From Auanema rhodensis (taxonomy: Eukaryota; Animalia; Nematoda): a stretch of 64,000 bases of DNA. Below, one piece after another: positions 51,491 through 64,000 of the stretch (position 1 is the first letter of the stretch; each line of letters begins with the position of its first letter). The stretch is from positions 18,166,001 to 18,230,000 of the forward strand of contig OZ059894.1 of the NCBI GenBank assembly GCA_964057225.1. The letters run 5' to 3'. Both the position numbers and the translations under genes were made by a program. The notes below the pieces were generated by a model. That model searched no databases. It was not told the DNA's origin and saw only the letters and a program-made list of their open reading frames with translations.

Positions 51491-54400
51491 TACATACCAT
51501 GTGTACATCACGTGTACATTTAATTAGCATAAATTAAAGTTCACGTAAATTTCAAAGTCATGGTTACCTTGCACCAGTATCAATGAAAATTTGTTTTCGG
51601 ACTAATATGGCCATGGGGAATCTAATTTTGAAAACCGCATCTCTTTATCTTTTACGGGAAGCGAGTTACATACCAAGTGCACATCACGTGTACATTTAAT
51701 TAGCATAAATTAAAGTTCACGTAAATTTCAAAGTCATGGTTACCTTGCACCAGTATCAATGAAAATTTGTTTTCGGACTAATATGGCCATGGGGAATCTA
51801 ATTTTGAAAACCGCATCTCTTTATCTTCTACGGAAAGCGAGTTACATACCATGTGCACATCACGTGTACATTTAATTAGCATAAATTAAAGTTCACGTAA
51901 ATTTCAAAGTCATGGTTACCATGCACCAGTATAAATGAAAATTTGTTTTTGGACTAATATGGCCATAGGGAATCTAATTTTGAAAACCCCATCTCTTTAT
52001 CTTTTACGGAAAGCGAGTTACATATCATGTGCACATCACGTGTACATTTAATTAGCATAAATTAAAGTTCACGTAAATTTAAAAGTCATGGTTACCATGC
52101 ACCAGTATAAATGAAAATTTGTTTTTGGACTAATATGGCCATAGGGAATCTAATTTTGAAAACCCCATCTCTTTATCTTTTACGGAAAGCGAGTTACATA
52201 TCATGTGCACATCACGTGTACATTTAATTAGCATAAATTAAAGTTCACGTAAATTTCAAAGTCATGGTTACCATGCACCAGTATAAATGAAAATTTGTTT
52301 TTGGACTAATATGGCCATAGGGAATCTAATTTTGAAAACCCCATCTCTTTATCTTTTACGGAAAGCGAGTTACATATCATGTGCACATCACGTGTACATT
52401 TAATTAGCATAAATTAAAGTTCAAGTAAATTTTAAAGTCATGGTCACCATGCACCAATATCCATAAAAATTTGTTTTTAGACTAATATGGACATGGGGAA
52501 TCTAATTTTGAAAACCGCATCTCTTTATCTTTAACGGGAAACGAGTTACATATCATGTGTACATCACGTGTACATTTAATTAGCATAAATTAAAGTTCAC
52601 GTAAATTTCAAAGTCATGGTTACCATGCACCAGTATCAATGAAAATTTGTTTTTGGACTAATATGGACATGGGGAATCTAATTTTGAAAACCGCATCTCT
52701 TTATCTTTTACGGGAAGCGAGTTACATACCAAGTGCACATCACGTGTACATTTAATTAGCATAAATTAAAGTTCACGTAAATTTCAAAGTCATGGTTACC
52801 ATGCACCAGTATCAATGAAAATTTGTTTTTGGACTAATATGGCCATAGGGAATCTAATTTTGAAAACGGCATCTCTTCATCTTTGAGTTACATACCATGT
52901 GTACATCACGTGTACATTGAATTAGCATAAATTAAAGTTCACGTAAATTTCAAAGTCATGGTTACCATGCACCTGTATCAATAAAAATTTGTTTTTAGTC
53001 TAAAATGGCCACGGGGAATCTAATTATGAAAACCGCATCTCTTTATCTTTCACGGAAAGAGAGTTACATATCATGTGCACATCACGTGTACATTTAATTA
53101 GCATAGATTAAAGTTCACGTAAATTTAAAAGTCATGGTTACCATGCACCTATATCAATAAAAATTTGTTTTCAGTCTAATATGGGAATGGAGAATCTAAT
53201 TTTGAAAACCGCATCTCTTTATCTTTCACGGGAAGCGAGTTACATACCAAGTGCACATCACGTGTACATTTAAGTAGCATAAATTAAAGTTCACGTAAAT
53301 TTCAAAGTCATGGTTACCTTGCACCAGTATCAATGAAAATTTGTTTTCGGACTAATATGGCCATGGGGAATCTAATTTCGAAAACCGCATCTCTTTATCT
53401 TTTACGGAAAGCGAGTTACATACCATGTGCACATCACGTGTACATTTAATTAGCATAAATTAAAGTTCACGTAAATTTCAAAGTCATGGTTACCATGCAC
53501 CAGTATAAATGAAAATTTGTTTTTGGACTAATATGGCCATAGGGAATCTAATTTTGAAAACCCCATCTCTTTATCTTTTACGGAAAGCGAGTTACATATC
53601 ATGTGCACATCACGTGTACATTTAATTAGCATAAATTAAAGTTCACGTAAATTTAAAAGTCATGGTTACCATGCACCTATATCAATAAAAATTTGTTTTC
53701 AGTCTAATATGGAAATGGAGAATCTAATTTTGAAAACCGCATCTCTTTATCTTTTACGGGAAGCGAGTTACATACCAAGTGCACATCACGTGTACATTTA
53801 ATTAGCATAAATTAAAGTTCACGTAAATTTCAAAGTCATGGTTACCTTGCACCAGTATCAATAAAAATTTGTTTTTAGTCTAAAATGGCCACGGGGAATC
53901 TAATTATGAAAACCGCATCTCTTTATCTTTCACGGAAAGAGAGTTACATATCATGTGCACATCACGTGTACATTTAATTAGCATAAATTAAAGTTCACGT
54001 AAATTTAAAAGTCATGGTTACCATGCACCTATATCAATAAAAATTTGTTTTCAGTCTAATATGGAAATGGAGAATCTAATTTTGAAAACCGCATCTTTTT
54101 ATCTTTTACGGGAAGCGAGTTACATACCAAGTGCACATCACGTGTACATTTAATTAGCATAAATTAAAGTTCACGTAAATTTCAAAGTCATGGTTACCTT
54201 GCACCAGTATCAATGAAAATTTGTTTTCGGACTAATATGGCCATGGGGAATCTAATTTTGAAAACCGCATCTCTTTATCTTTTACGGAAAGCGAGTTACA
54301 TACCATGTGCACATCACGTGTACATTTAATTAGCATAAATTAAAGTTCACGTTAATTTCAAAGTCATGGTTACCATGCACCAGTATAAATGAAAATTTGT

Positions 54401-57400
54401 TTTTGGACTAATATGGCCATAGGGAATCTAAATTTGAAAACCCCATCTCTTTATCTTTTACGGAAAGCGAGTTACATATCATGTGCACATCACGTGTACA
54501 TTTAATTAGCATAAATTAAAGTTCAAGTAAATTTTAAAGTCATGGTTACCATGCACCAATATTCATAAAAATTTGTTTTTAGACTAATATGGACATGGGG
54601 AATCTAATTTTGAAAACCGCATCTCTTTATCTTTAACGGGAAACGAGTTACATATCATGTGTACATCACGTGTACATTTAATTAGCATAAATTAAAGTTC
54701 ACGTAAATTTCAAAGTCATGGTTACCATGCACCAGTATCAATGAAAATTTGTTTTTGGACTAATATGGCCATAGGGAATCTAATTTTGAAAACGGCATCT
54801 CTTCATCTTTGAGTTACATACCATGTGTACATCACGTGTACATTAAATTAGCATAAATTAAAGTTCACGTAAATTTCAAAGTCATGGTTACCATGCACCT
54901 GTATCAATAAAAATTTGTTTTTAGTCTAAAATGGCCACGGGGAATCTAATTATGAAAACCGCATCTCTTTATCTTTCACGGAAAGAGAGTTACATATCAT
55001 GTGCACATCACGTGTACATTTAATTAGCATAAATTAAAGTTCACGTAAATTTCAAAGTCATGGTTACCATGCACCTATATCAATCAAAATTTGTTTTTAG
55101 TCTAAAATGGCCACGGGGAATCTAATTATGAAAACCGCATCTCTTTATCTTTCACGGAAAGAGAGTTACATATCATGTGCACATCACGTGTACATTTAAT
55201 TAGCATAAATTAAAGTTCACGTAAATTTAAAAGTCATGGTTACCATGCACCTATATCAATAAAAATTTGTTTTCAGTCTAATATGGAAATGGAGAATCTA
55301 ATTTTGAAAACCGCATCTCTTTATCTATTACGGGAAGCGAGTTACATACCAAGTGCACATCACGTGTACATTTAATTAGCATAAATTAAAGTTCACGTAA
55401 ATTTCAAAGTCATGGTTACCATGCACCAGTATCAATGAAAATTTGTTTTTGGACTAATATGGCCATAGGGAATCTAATTTTGAAAACGGCATCTCTTCAT
55501 CTTTGAGTTACATACCATGTGTACATCACGTGTACATTAAATTAGCATAAATTAAAGTTCACGTAAATTTCAAAGTCATGGTTACCATGCACCTTATCAA
55601 TAAAAATTTGTTTTTGGACTAATATGGCCATAGGGAATCTAATTTTGAAAACGGCATCTCTTCATCTTTTTGTTACATACCATGTGTACATCACGTGTAC
55701 ATTTAATTAGCATAAATTAAAGTTCACGTAAATTTCAAAGTCATGGTTACCATGCACCTATATCAATAAAAATTCGTTTTCAGTCTAATATGGCCATGGG
55801 GAATCTAATTTTGAAAACGGCATCTCTTCATCTTTGAGTTACATACCATGTGTACATCACGTGTACATTTAATTAGCATAAATTAAAGTTCACGTAAATT
55901 TCAAAGTCATGGTTACCTTGCACCAGTATCAATGAAAATTTGTTTTTGGACTAATATGGCCATAGGGAATCTAATTTTGAAAACGGCATCTCTTCATCTT
56001 TGAGTTACATACCATGTGCACATCACGTGTACATTTAATTAGCATAAATTAAAGTTCACGTAAATTTCAAAGTCATGGTTACCATGCAGCAGTATCAATG
56101 AAAATTTGTTTTTGGACTAATATGGCCATAGGGAATCTAATTTTCAAAACCCCATCTCTTTATCTTTTACGGAAAGCGAGTTACATACCACGTGCCCATC
56201 ACGTGTACATTTAATTAGCATAAATTAAAGTACACGTAAATTTCAAAGTCATGGTTACCTTGCACCAGTATCAATGAAAATTTGTTTTCGGACTAATATG
56301 GCCATGGGGAATCTAATTTTGAAAACCGCATCTCTTTATCTTTTACGGAAAGCGAGTTACATACCATGTGCACATCACGTGTACATTTAATTAGCATAAA
56401 TTAAAGTTCACGTAAATTTCAAAGTCATGGTTACCATGCACCAGTATAAATGAAAATTTGTTTTTGGACTAATATGGCCATAGGGAATCTAATTTTGAAA
56501 ACCCCATCTCTTTATCTTTTACGGAAAGCGAGTTACATATCATGTGCACATCACGTGTACATTTAATTAGCATAAATTAAAGTTCAAGTAAATTTTAAAG
56601 TCATGGTTACCATGCACCAATATCCATAAAAATTTGTTTTTAGACTAATATGGACATGGGGAATCTAATTTTGAAAACTGCATCTCGTTATCTTTAACGG
56701 GAAACGAGTTACATATCATGTGCACATCACGTGTACATTTAATTAGCATAAATTAAAGTTCACGTAAATTTCAAAGTCATGGTTACCATGCACCAATATC
56801 CATAAAATTTTGTTTTTAGTTTAATATGGCCATGGGTAATCTAATTTTGAAAACCGCATCTCTTTATCTTTCACGGGAAGCGAGTTACGTATCATGTGCC
56901 CATCACGTGTACATTTAATTAGCATAAATTAAAGTTCACGTAAATTTTAAAGTCATGGTTACCATGCACCAATATCCATAAAAATTTGTTTTTAGACTGA
57001 TATGGACATGGGGAATCTAATTTTGAAAACCGCATCTCTTTATCGTTCACGGAAAGCGAGTTACATACCATGTGCACATCACGTCTACATTTAATTAGCA
57101 TAAATTAAAGTTCACGTAAATTTCAAAGTCATGGTTACCATGCACAAGTATCAATAAAAATTTGTTTTCGGACTAATATGGCCATGGGGAATCTAATTTT
57201 GAAAACCGCATCTCTTTATCTTTTACGGAAAGCGAGTTACATACCATGTGCTCATCACGTGTACATTTAATTAGCATAAATTAAAGTTCACGTAAATTTC
57301 AAAGTCATGGTTACCATGCACAAGTATCAATAAAAATTTGTTTTCGGACTAATATGGCCATGGGGAATCTAATTTTGAAAACCGCATCTCTTTATCTTTT

Positions 57401-57829
57401 ACGGAAAGCGAGTTACATACCATGTGCTCATCACGTGTACATTTAATTAGCATAAATTAAAGTTCACGTAAATTTTAAAGTCATGGTTACCATGCACCAA
57501 TATCCATAAAAATTTGTTTTTAGACTAATATGGACATGATGAATCTAATTTTGAAAACCGCATCTCTTTATCTTTTACGGAAAGCGAGTTACATACCATG
57601 TGCCCATCACGTGTACATTTAATTAGCATAAATTAAAGTTCACGTAAATTTTAAAGTCATGGTTACCATGCACCAATATCCATAAAAATTAGTTTTTAGA
57701 CTAATATGGACATGGGGAATCTAATTTTGAAAACCGCATCTCTTTATCTTTTACGGAAAGCGAGTTACATATCATGTGCTCATCACGTGTACATTTAATT
57801 AGCATAAATTAAAGTTCACGTAATTTTCA

Positions 57830-60800
57830 AAGTCATGGTTACCATGCACCAGTATCAATAAAAATTTGTTTTCGGACTAATATGGCCATGGGGAATCTAA
57901 TTTTGAAAACCGCATCTCTTTATCTTTTACGGAAAGCGAGTTACATATCATGTGCACATCACGTGTACATTTAATTAGCATAAATTAAAGTTCACGTAAA
58001 TTTCAAAGTCATGGTTACCATGCGCCTATATCAATAAAAATTTGTTTTTAGTCTAATATGGCCATGGGGAATCTAATTATGAAAACCGCATCTCTTTGTC
58101 TTTCACGGAAAGCGAGTTACATACCATGTGCACATCACGTGTACATTTAATTAGCATAAATTAAAGTTCACGTAAATTTCAAAGTCATGGTTACCATGCG
58201 CCTATATCAATAAAAATTTGTTTTCGGACTAATATGGCCATGGGGAATCTAATTTTGAAAACCGCATCTCTTTATCTTTTACGGAAAGCAAGTTACATAC
58301 CATGTGCCCATCACGTGTACATTTAATTAGCATAAATTAAAGTTCACGTAAATTTTAAAGTCATGGTTACCATGCACCAGTATCAATAAAAATTTGTTTT
58401 CGGACTAATATGGCCATGGGGAATCTAATTTTGAAAACCGCATCTCTTTATCTTTTACGGAAAGCGAGTTACATATCATGTGCACATCACGTGTACATCT
58501 AATTAGCATAAATTAAAGTTCACGTAAATTTCAAAGTCATGGTTACCATGCGCCTATATCAATAAAAATTTGTTTTTAGTCTAATATGGCCATGGGGAAT
58601 CTAATTATGAAAACCGCATCTCTTTATCTTTCACGGAAAGCGAGTTACATACCATGTGCACATCACGTGTACATTTAATTAGCATAAATTAAAGTTCACA
58701 TAAATTTCAAAGTCATGGTTACCATGCACCAGTATCAATGAAAATTTGTTTTTGGACTAATATGGCCATAGGGAATCTAATTTTGAAAACGGCATCTCTT
58801 CATCTTTGAGTTACATACCATGTGTACATCACGTGTACATTTAATTAGCATAAATTAAAGTTCACGTAAATTTTAAAGTCATGGTTACCATGCACCAATA
58901 TCCATAAAAATTTGTTTTTAGACTAATATGGACATGGGGAATCTAATTTTGAAAACCGTATCTCTTTATCTTCAACGGGAAACGAGTTACATATCATGTG
59001 CACATCACGTGTACATTTAATTAGCATAAATTAAAGTTCACGTAAATTTCAAACTCATGGTTACCATGCACCAGTATCAATGAAAATTGGTTTTTGGACT
59101 AATATGGCCATAGGGAATCTAATTTTGAAAACCCCATCTCTTTATCTTTTACAGAAAGCGAGTTACATACCATGTGCACATCACGTGTACATTTAATTAG
59201 CATAAATTAAAGTTCACGTAAATTTCAAAGTCATGGTTACCATGCGCCTATATCAATAAAAATTTGTTTTTAGTCTAATATGGCCATGGGGAATCTAATT
59301 ATGAAAACCGCATCTCTTTGTCTTTCACGGAAAGCGAGTTACATACCATGTGCACATCACGTGTACATTTAATTAGCATAAATTAAAGTTCACGTAAATT
59401 TCAAACTCATGGTTACCATGCACCAGTATCAATGAAAATTGGTTTTTGGACTAATATGGCCATAGGGAATCTAATTTTGAAAACCCCATCTCTTTATCTT
59501 TTACAGAAAGCGAGTTACATACCATGTGCACATCACGTGTACATTTAATTAGCATAAATTAAAGTTCACGTAAATTTCAAACTCATGGTTACCATGCACC
59601 AGTATCAATGAAAATTTGTTTTTAGTCTAATATGGCCATGGGGAATCTAATTATGTAAACCGCATCTCTTTGTCTTTCACGGAAAGCGAGTTACATACCA
59701 TGTGCACATCACGTGTACATTTAATTAGCATAAATTAAAGTTCACGTAAATTTCAAAGTCATGGTTACCATGCACCAGTATCAATGAAAATTTGTTTTCG
59801 GACTAATATGGCCATGGGGAATCTAATTTTGAAAACCGCATCTCTTTATCTTTTACGGAAAGCAAGTTACATACCATGTGCCCATCACGTGTACATTTAA
59901 TTAGCATAAATTAAAGTTCACGTAAATTTCAAAGTCATGGTTACCATGCACCAGTATCAATGAAAATTTGTTTTTGGACTAATATGGCCATAGGGAATCT
60001 AATTTTGAAAACGGCATCTCTTCATCTTTGAGTTACATACCATGTGTACATCACGTGTACATTTAATTAGCATAAATTAAAGTTCACGTAAATTTTAAAG
60101 TCATGGTTACCATGCACCAATATCCATAAAAATTTGTTTTTAGACTAATATGGACATGGGGAATCTAATTTTGAAAACGGCATCTCTTCATCTTTGAGTT
60201 ACATACCATGTGTACATCACGTGTACATTTAATTAGCATAAATTAAAGTTCACGTAAATTTCAAAGTCATGGTTACCATGCGCCTATATCAATAAAAATT
60301 TGTTTTCGGACTAATATGGCCATGGGGAATCTAATTTTGAAAACCGCATCTCTTTATCTTTTACGGAAAGCAAGTTACATACCATGTGCCCATCACGTGT
60401 ACATTTAATTAGCATAAATTAAAGTTCACGTAAATTTCAAAGTCATGGTTACCATGCGCCTATATCAATAAAAATTTGTTTTTAGTCTAATATGGCCATG
60501 GGGAATCTAATTATGAAAACCGCATCTCTTTGTCTTTCACGGAAAGCGAGTTACATACCATGTGCACATCACGTGTACATTTAATTAGCATAAATTAAAG
60601 TTCACGTAAATTTCAAAGTCATGGTTACCATGCGCCTATATCAATAAAAATTTGTTTTCGGACTAATATGGCCATGGGGAATCTAATTTTGAAAACCGCA
60701 TCTCTTTGTCTTTCACGGAAAGCGAGTTACATACCATGTGCACATCACGTGTACATTTAATTAGCATAAATTAAAGTTCACGTAAATTTCAAAGTCATGG

Positions 60801-63800
60801 TTACCATGCGCCTATATCAATAAAAATTTGTTTTCGGACTAATATGGCCATGGGGAATCTAATTTTGAAAACCGCATCTCTTTATCTTTTACGGAAAGCA
60901 AGTTACATACCATGTGCCCATCACGTGTACATTTAATTAGCATAAATTAAAGTTCACGTAAATTTCAAAGTCATGGTTACCATGCGCCTATATCAATAAA
61001 AATTTGTTTTTAGTCTAATATGGCCATGGGGAATCTAATTATGAAAACCGCATCTCTTTATCTTTCACGGAAAGCGAGTTACATACCATGTGCACATCAC
61101 GTGTACATTTAATTAGCATAAATTAAAGTTCACGTAAATTTCAAAGTCATGGTTACCATGCACCAGTATCAATGAAAATTTGTTTTTGGACTAATATGGC
61201 CATAGGGAATCTAATTTTGAAAACGGCATCTCTTCATCTTTGAGTTACATACCATGTGTACATCACGTGTACATTTAATTAGCATAAATTAAAGTTCACG
61301 TAAATTTTAAAGTCATGGTTACCATGCACCAATATCCATAAAAATTTGTTTTTAGACTAATATGGACATGGGGAATCTAATTTTGAAAACCGTATCTCTT
61401 TATCTTCAACGGGAAACGAGTTACATATCATGTGCACATCACGTGTACATTTAATTAGCATAAATTAAAGTTCACGTAAATTTCAAACTCATGGTTACCA
61501 TGCACCAGTATCAATGAAAATTGGTTTTTGGACTAATATGGCCATAGGGAATCTAATTTTGAAAACCCCATCTCTTTATCTTTTACAGAAAGCGAGTTAC
61601 ATACCATGTGCACATCACGTGTACATTTAATTAGCATAAATTAAAGTTCACGTAAATTTCAAAGTCATGGTTACCATGCGCCTATATCAATAAAAATTTG
61701 TTTTTAGTCTAATATGGCCATGGGGAATATAATTATGAAAACCGCATCTCTTTGTCTTTCACGGAAAGCGAGTTACATACCATGTGCACATCACGTGTAC
61801 ATTTAATTAGCATAAATTAAAGTTCACGTAAATTTCAAAGTCATGGTTACCATGCGCCTATATCAATAAAAATTTGTTTTCGGACTAATATGGCCATGGG
61901 GAATCTAATTTTGAAAACCGCATCTCTTTATCTTTTACGGAAAGCGAGTTACATATCATGTGCACATCACGTGTACATTTAATTAGCATAAATTAAAGTT
62001 CACGTAAATTTCAAAGTCATGGTTACCATGCGCCTATATCAATAAAAATTTGTTTTTAGTCTAATATGGCCATGGGGAATCTAATTATGAAAACCGCATC
62101 TCTTTATCTTTCACGGAAAGCGAGTTACATACCATGTGCACATCACGTGTACATTTAATTAGCATAAATTAAAGTTCACGTAAATTTCAAAGTCATGGTT
62201 ACCATGCACCAGTATCAATGAAAATTTGTTTTTGGACTAATATGGCCATAGGGAATCTAATTTTGAAAACGGCATCTCTTCATCTTTGAGTTACATACCA
62301 TGTGTACATCACGTGTACATTTAATTAGCATAAATTAAAGTTCACGTAAATTTTAAAGTCATGGTTACCATGCACCAATATCCATAAAAATTTGTTTTTA
62401 GACTAATATGGACATGGGGAATCTAATTTTGAAAACCGTATCTCTTTATCTTCAACGGGAAACGAGTTACATATCATGTGCACATCACGTGTACATTTAA
62501 TTAGCATAAATTAAAGTTCACGTAAATTTCAAAGTCATGGTTACCATGCACCAGTATCAATGAAAATTTGTTTTTGGACTAATATGGCCATAGGGAATCT
62601 AATTTTGAAAACGGCATCTCTTCATCTTTGAGTTACATACCATGTGTACATCACGTGTACATTTAATTAGCATAAATTAAAGTTCACGTAAATTTTAAAG
62701 TCATGGTTACCATGCACCAATATCCATAAAAATTTGTTTTTAGACTAATATGGACATGGGGAATCTAATTTTGAAAACGGCATCTCTTCATCTTTGAGTT
62801 ACATACCATGTGTACATCACGTGTACATTTAATTAGCATAAATTAAAGTTCACGTAAATTTCAAAGTCATGGTTACCATGCGCCTATATCAATAAAAATT
62901 TGTTTTTAGTCTAATATGGCCATGGGGAATCTAATTATGAAAACCGCATCTCTTTATCTTTCACGGAAAGCGAGTTACATACCATGTGCACATCACGTGT
63001 ACATTTAATTAGCATAAATTAAAGTTCACGTAAATTTCAAAGTCATGGTTACCATGCACCAGTATCAATGAAAATTTGTTTTTGGACTAATATGGCCATA
63101 GGGAATCTAATTTTGAAAACGGCATCTCTTCATCTTTGAGTTACATACCATGTGTACATCACGTGTACATTTAATTAGCATAAATTAAAGTTCACGTAAA
63201 TTTTAAAGTCATGGTTACCATGCACCAATATCCATAAAAATTTGTTTTTAGACTAATATGGACATGGGGAATCTAATTTTGAAAACCGTATCTCTTTATC
63301 TTCAACGGGAAACGAGTTACATATCATGTGCACATCACGTGTACATTTAATTAGCATAAATTAAAGTTCACGTAAATTTCAAAATCATGGTTACCATGCA
63401 CCAGTATCAATGAAAATTGGTTTTTGGACTAATATGGCCATAGGGAATCTAATTTTGAAAACCCCATCTCTTTATCTTTTACAGAAAGCGAGTTACATAC
63501 CATGTGCACATCACGTGTACATTTAATTAGCATAAATTAAAGTTCACGTAAATTTCAAAGTCATGGTTACCATGCGCCTATATCAATAAAAATTTGTTTT
63601 TAGTCTAATATGGCCATGGGGAATCTAATTATGAAAACCGCATCTCTTTGTCTTTCACGGAAAGCGAGTTACATACCATGTGCACATCACGTGTACATTT
63701 AATTAGCATAAATTAAAGTTCACGTAAATTTCAAAGTCATGGTTACCATGCGCCTATATCAATAAAAATTTGTTTTCGGACTAATATGGCCATGGGGAAT

Positions 63801-64000
63801 CTAATTTTGAAAACCGCATCTCTTTATCTTTTACGGAAAGCAAGTTACATACCATGTGCCCATCACGTGTACATTTAATTAGCATAAATTAAAGTTCACG
63901 TAAATTTTAAAGTCATTGTTACCATGCACCAGTATCAATAAAAATTTGTTTTCGGACTAATATGGCCATGGGGAATCTAATTTTGAAAACCGCATCTCTT
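57830..64000 (+). repeat. Subfamily C domain
   Basis: Variants ATGCGCCTA, TCTTTGTCTTT, GGAAAGCAAG, CAAACTCATGG, AAATTGGTTT, ACCGTATC and TACAGAAAG are concentrated here. Subfamily B markers CCAAGTGC, GGAGAAT and CCACGGGG were not seen. Confidence 0.8.

Larger units (their letters stand above)
1..64000. repeat. Tandem satellite DNA array with 176-bp and 166-bp monomers (about 370 copies), centromeric/heterochromatic type
   Basis: The anchor GAGTTAC recurs at 4, 180, 346, 522 and onward (spacing 176 or 166) on one strand or the other across the whole window. The only non-monomer sequence is short junction filler. The array runs off both ends of the window. Confidence 0.99.
16856..64000 (+). 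repeat. Uninterrupted forward head-to-tail satellite block with local higher-order repeats
   Basis: No reverse-complement monomer or foreign sequence seen after the filler at 16836-16855. Confidence 0.93.

Noticed and set aside
56919-57101. 60-aa minus-strand ORF from the ORF track
   Set aside because: It lies wholly within one monomer length of satellite. It is open only because private substitutions in the diverged seam remove stop codons present in other copies. No recognisable protein features.
1-64000. CRISPR-like alternation of conserved and variable segments
   Set aside because: The variable parts are homologous alleles of the same sequence and not unique spacers. The period is 166-176 bp and there are no cas genes.

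Overview
The whole 64-kb window is one AT-rich (about 31% GC in the first monomer) eukaryotic-type tandem satellite array of roughly 370 monomers. I find no credible gene, RNA gene, transposon or CRISPR array. Two monomer lengths alternate, 176 bp and 166 bp, differing by one fixed 10-bp deletion; a rare 124-bp deletion monomer also occurs. Between about 5.2 and 16.9 kb the array switches orientation 8 times through only 4 distinct junction sequences. Two junctions carry locally templated filler DNA and two break inside the monomer's CATGGT(T)ACCATG palindrome. One 164-bp near-monomer sits flipped between two inverted blocks, and the rearranged region is repeated 7448 bp downstream. From 16.9 kb to the end the array is head-to-tail, with higher-order repeats (HORs) of shifting size (5-14 monomers), a possible 17-18 kb super-period, and three SNP-defined subfamily domains. 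I do not recognise the satellite family or host species. All coordinates were counted by hand from diagnostic variants.
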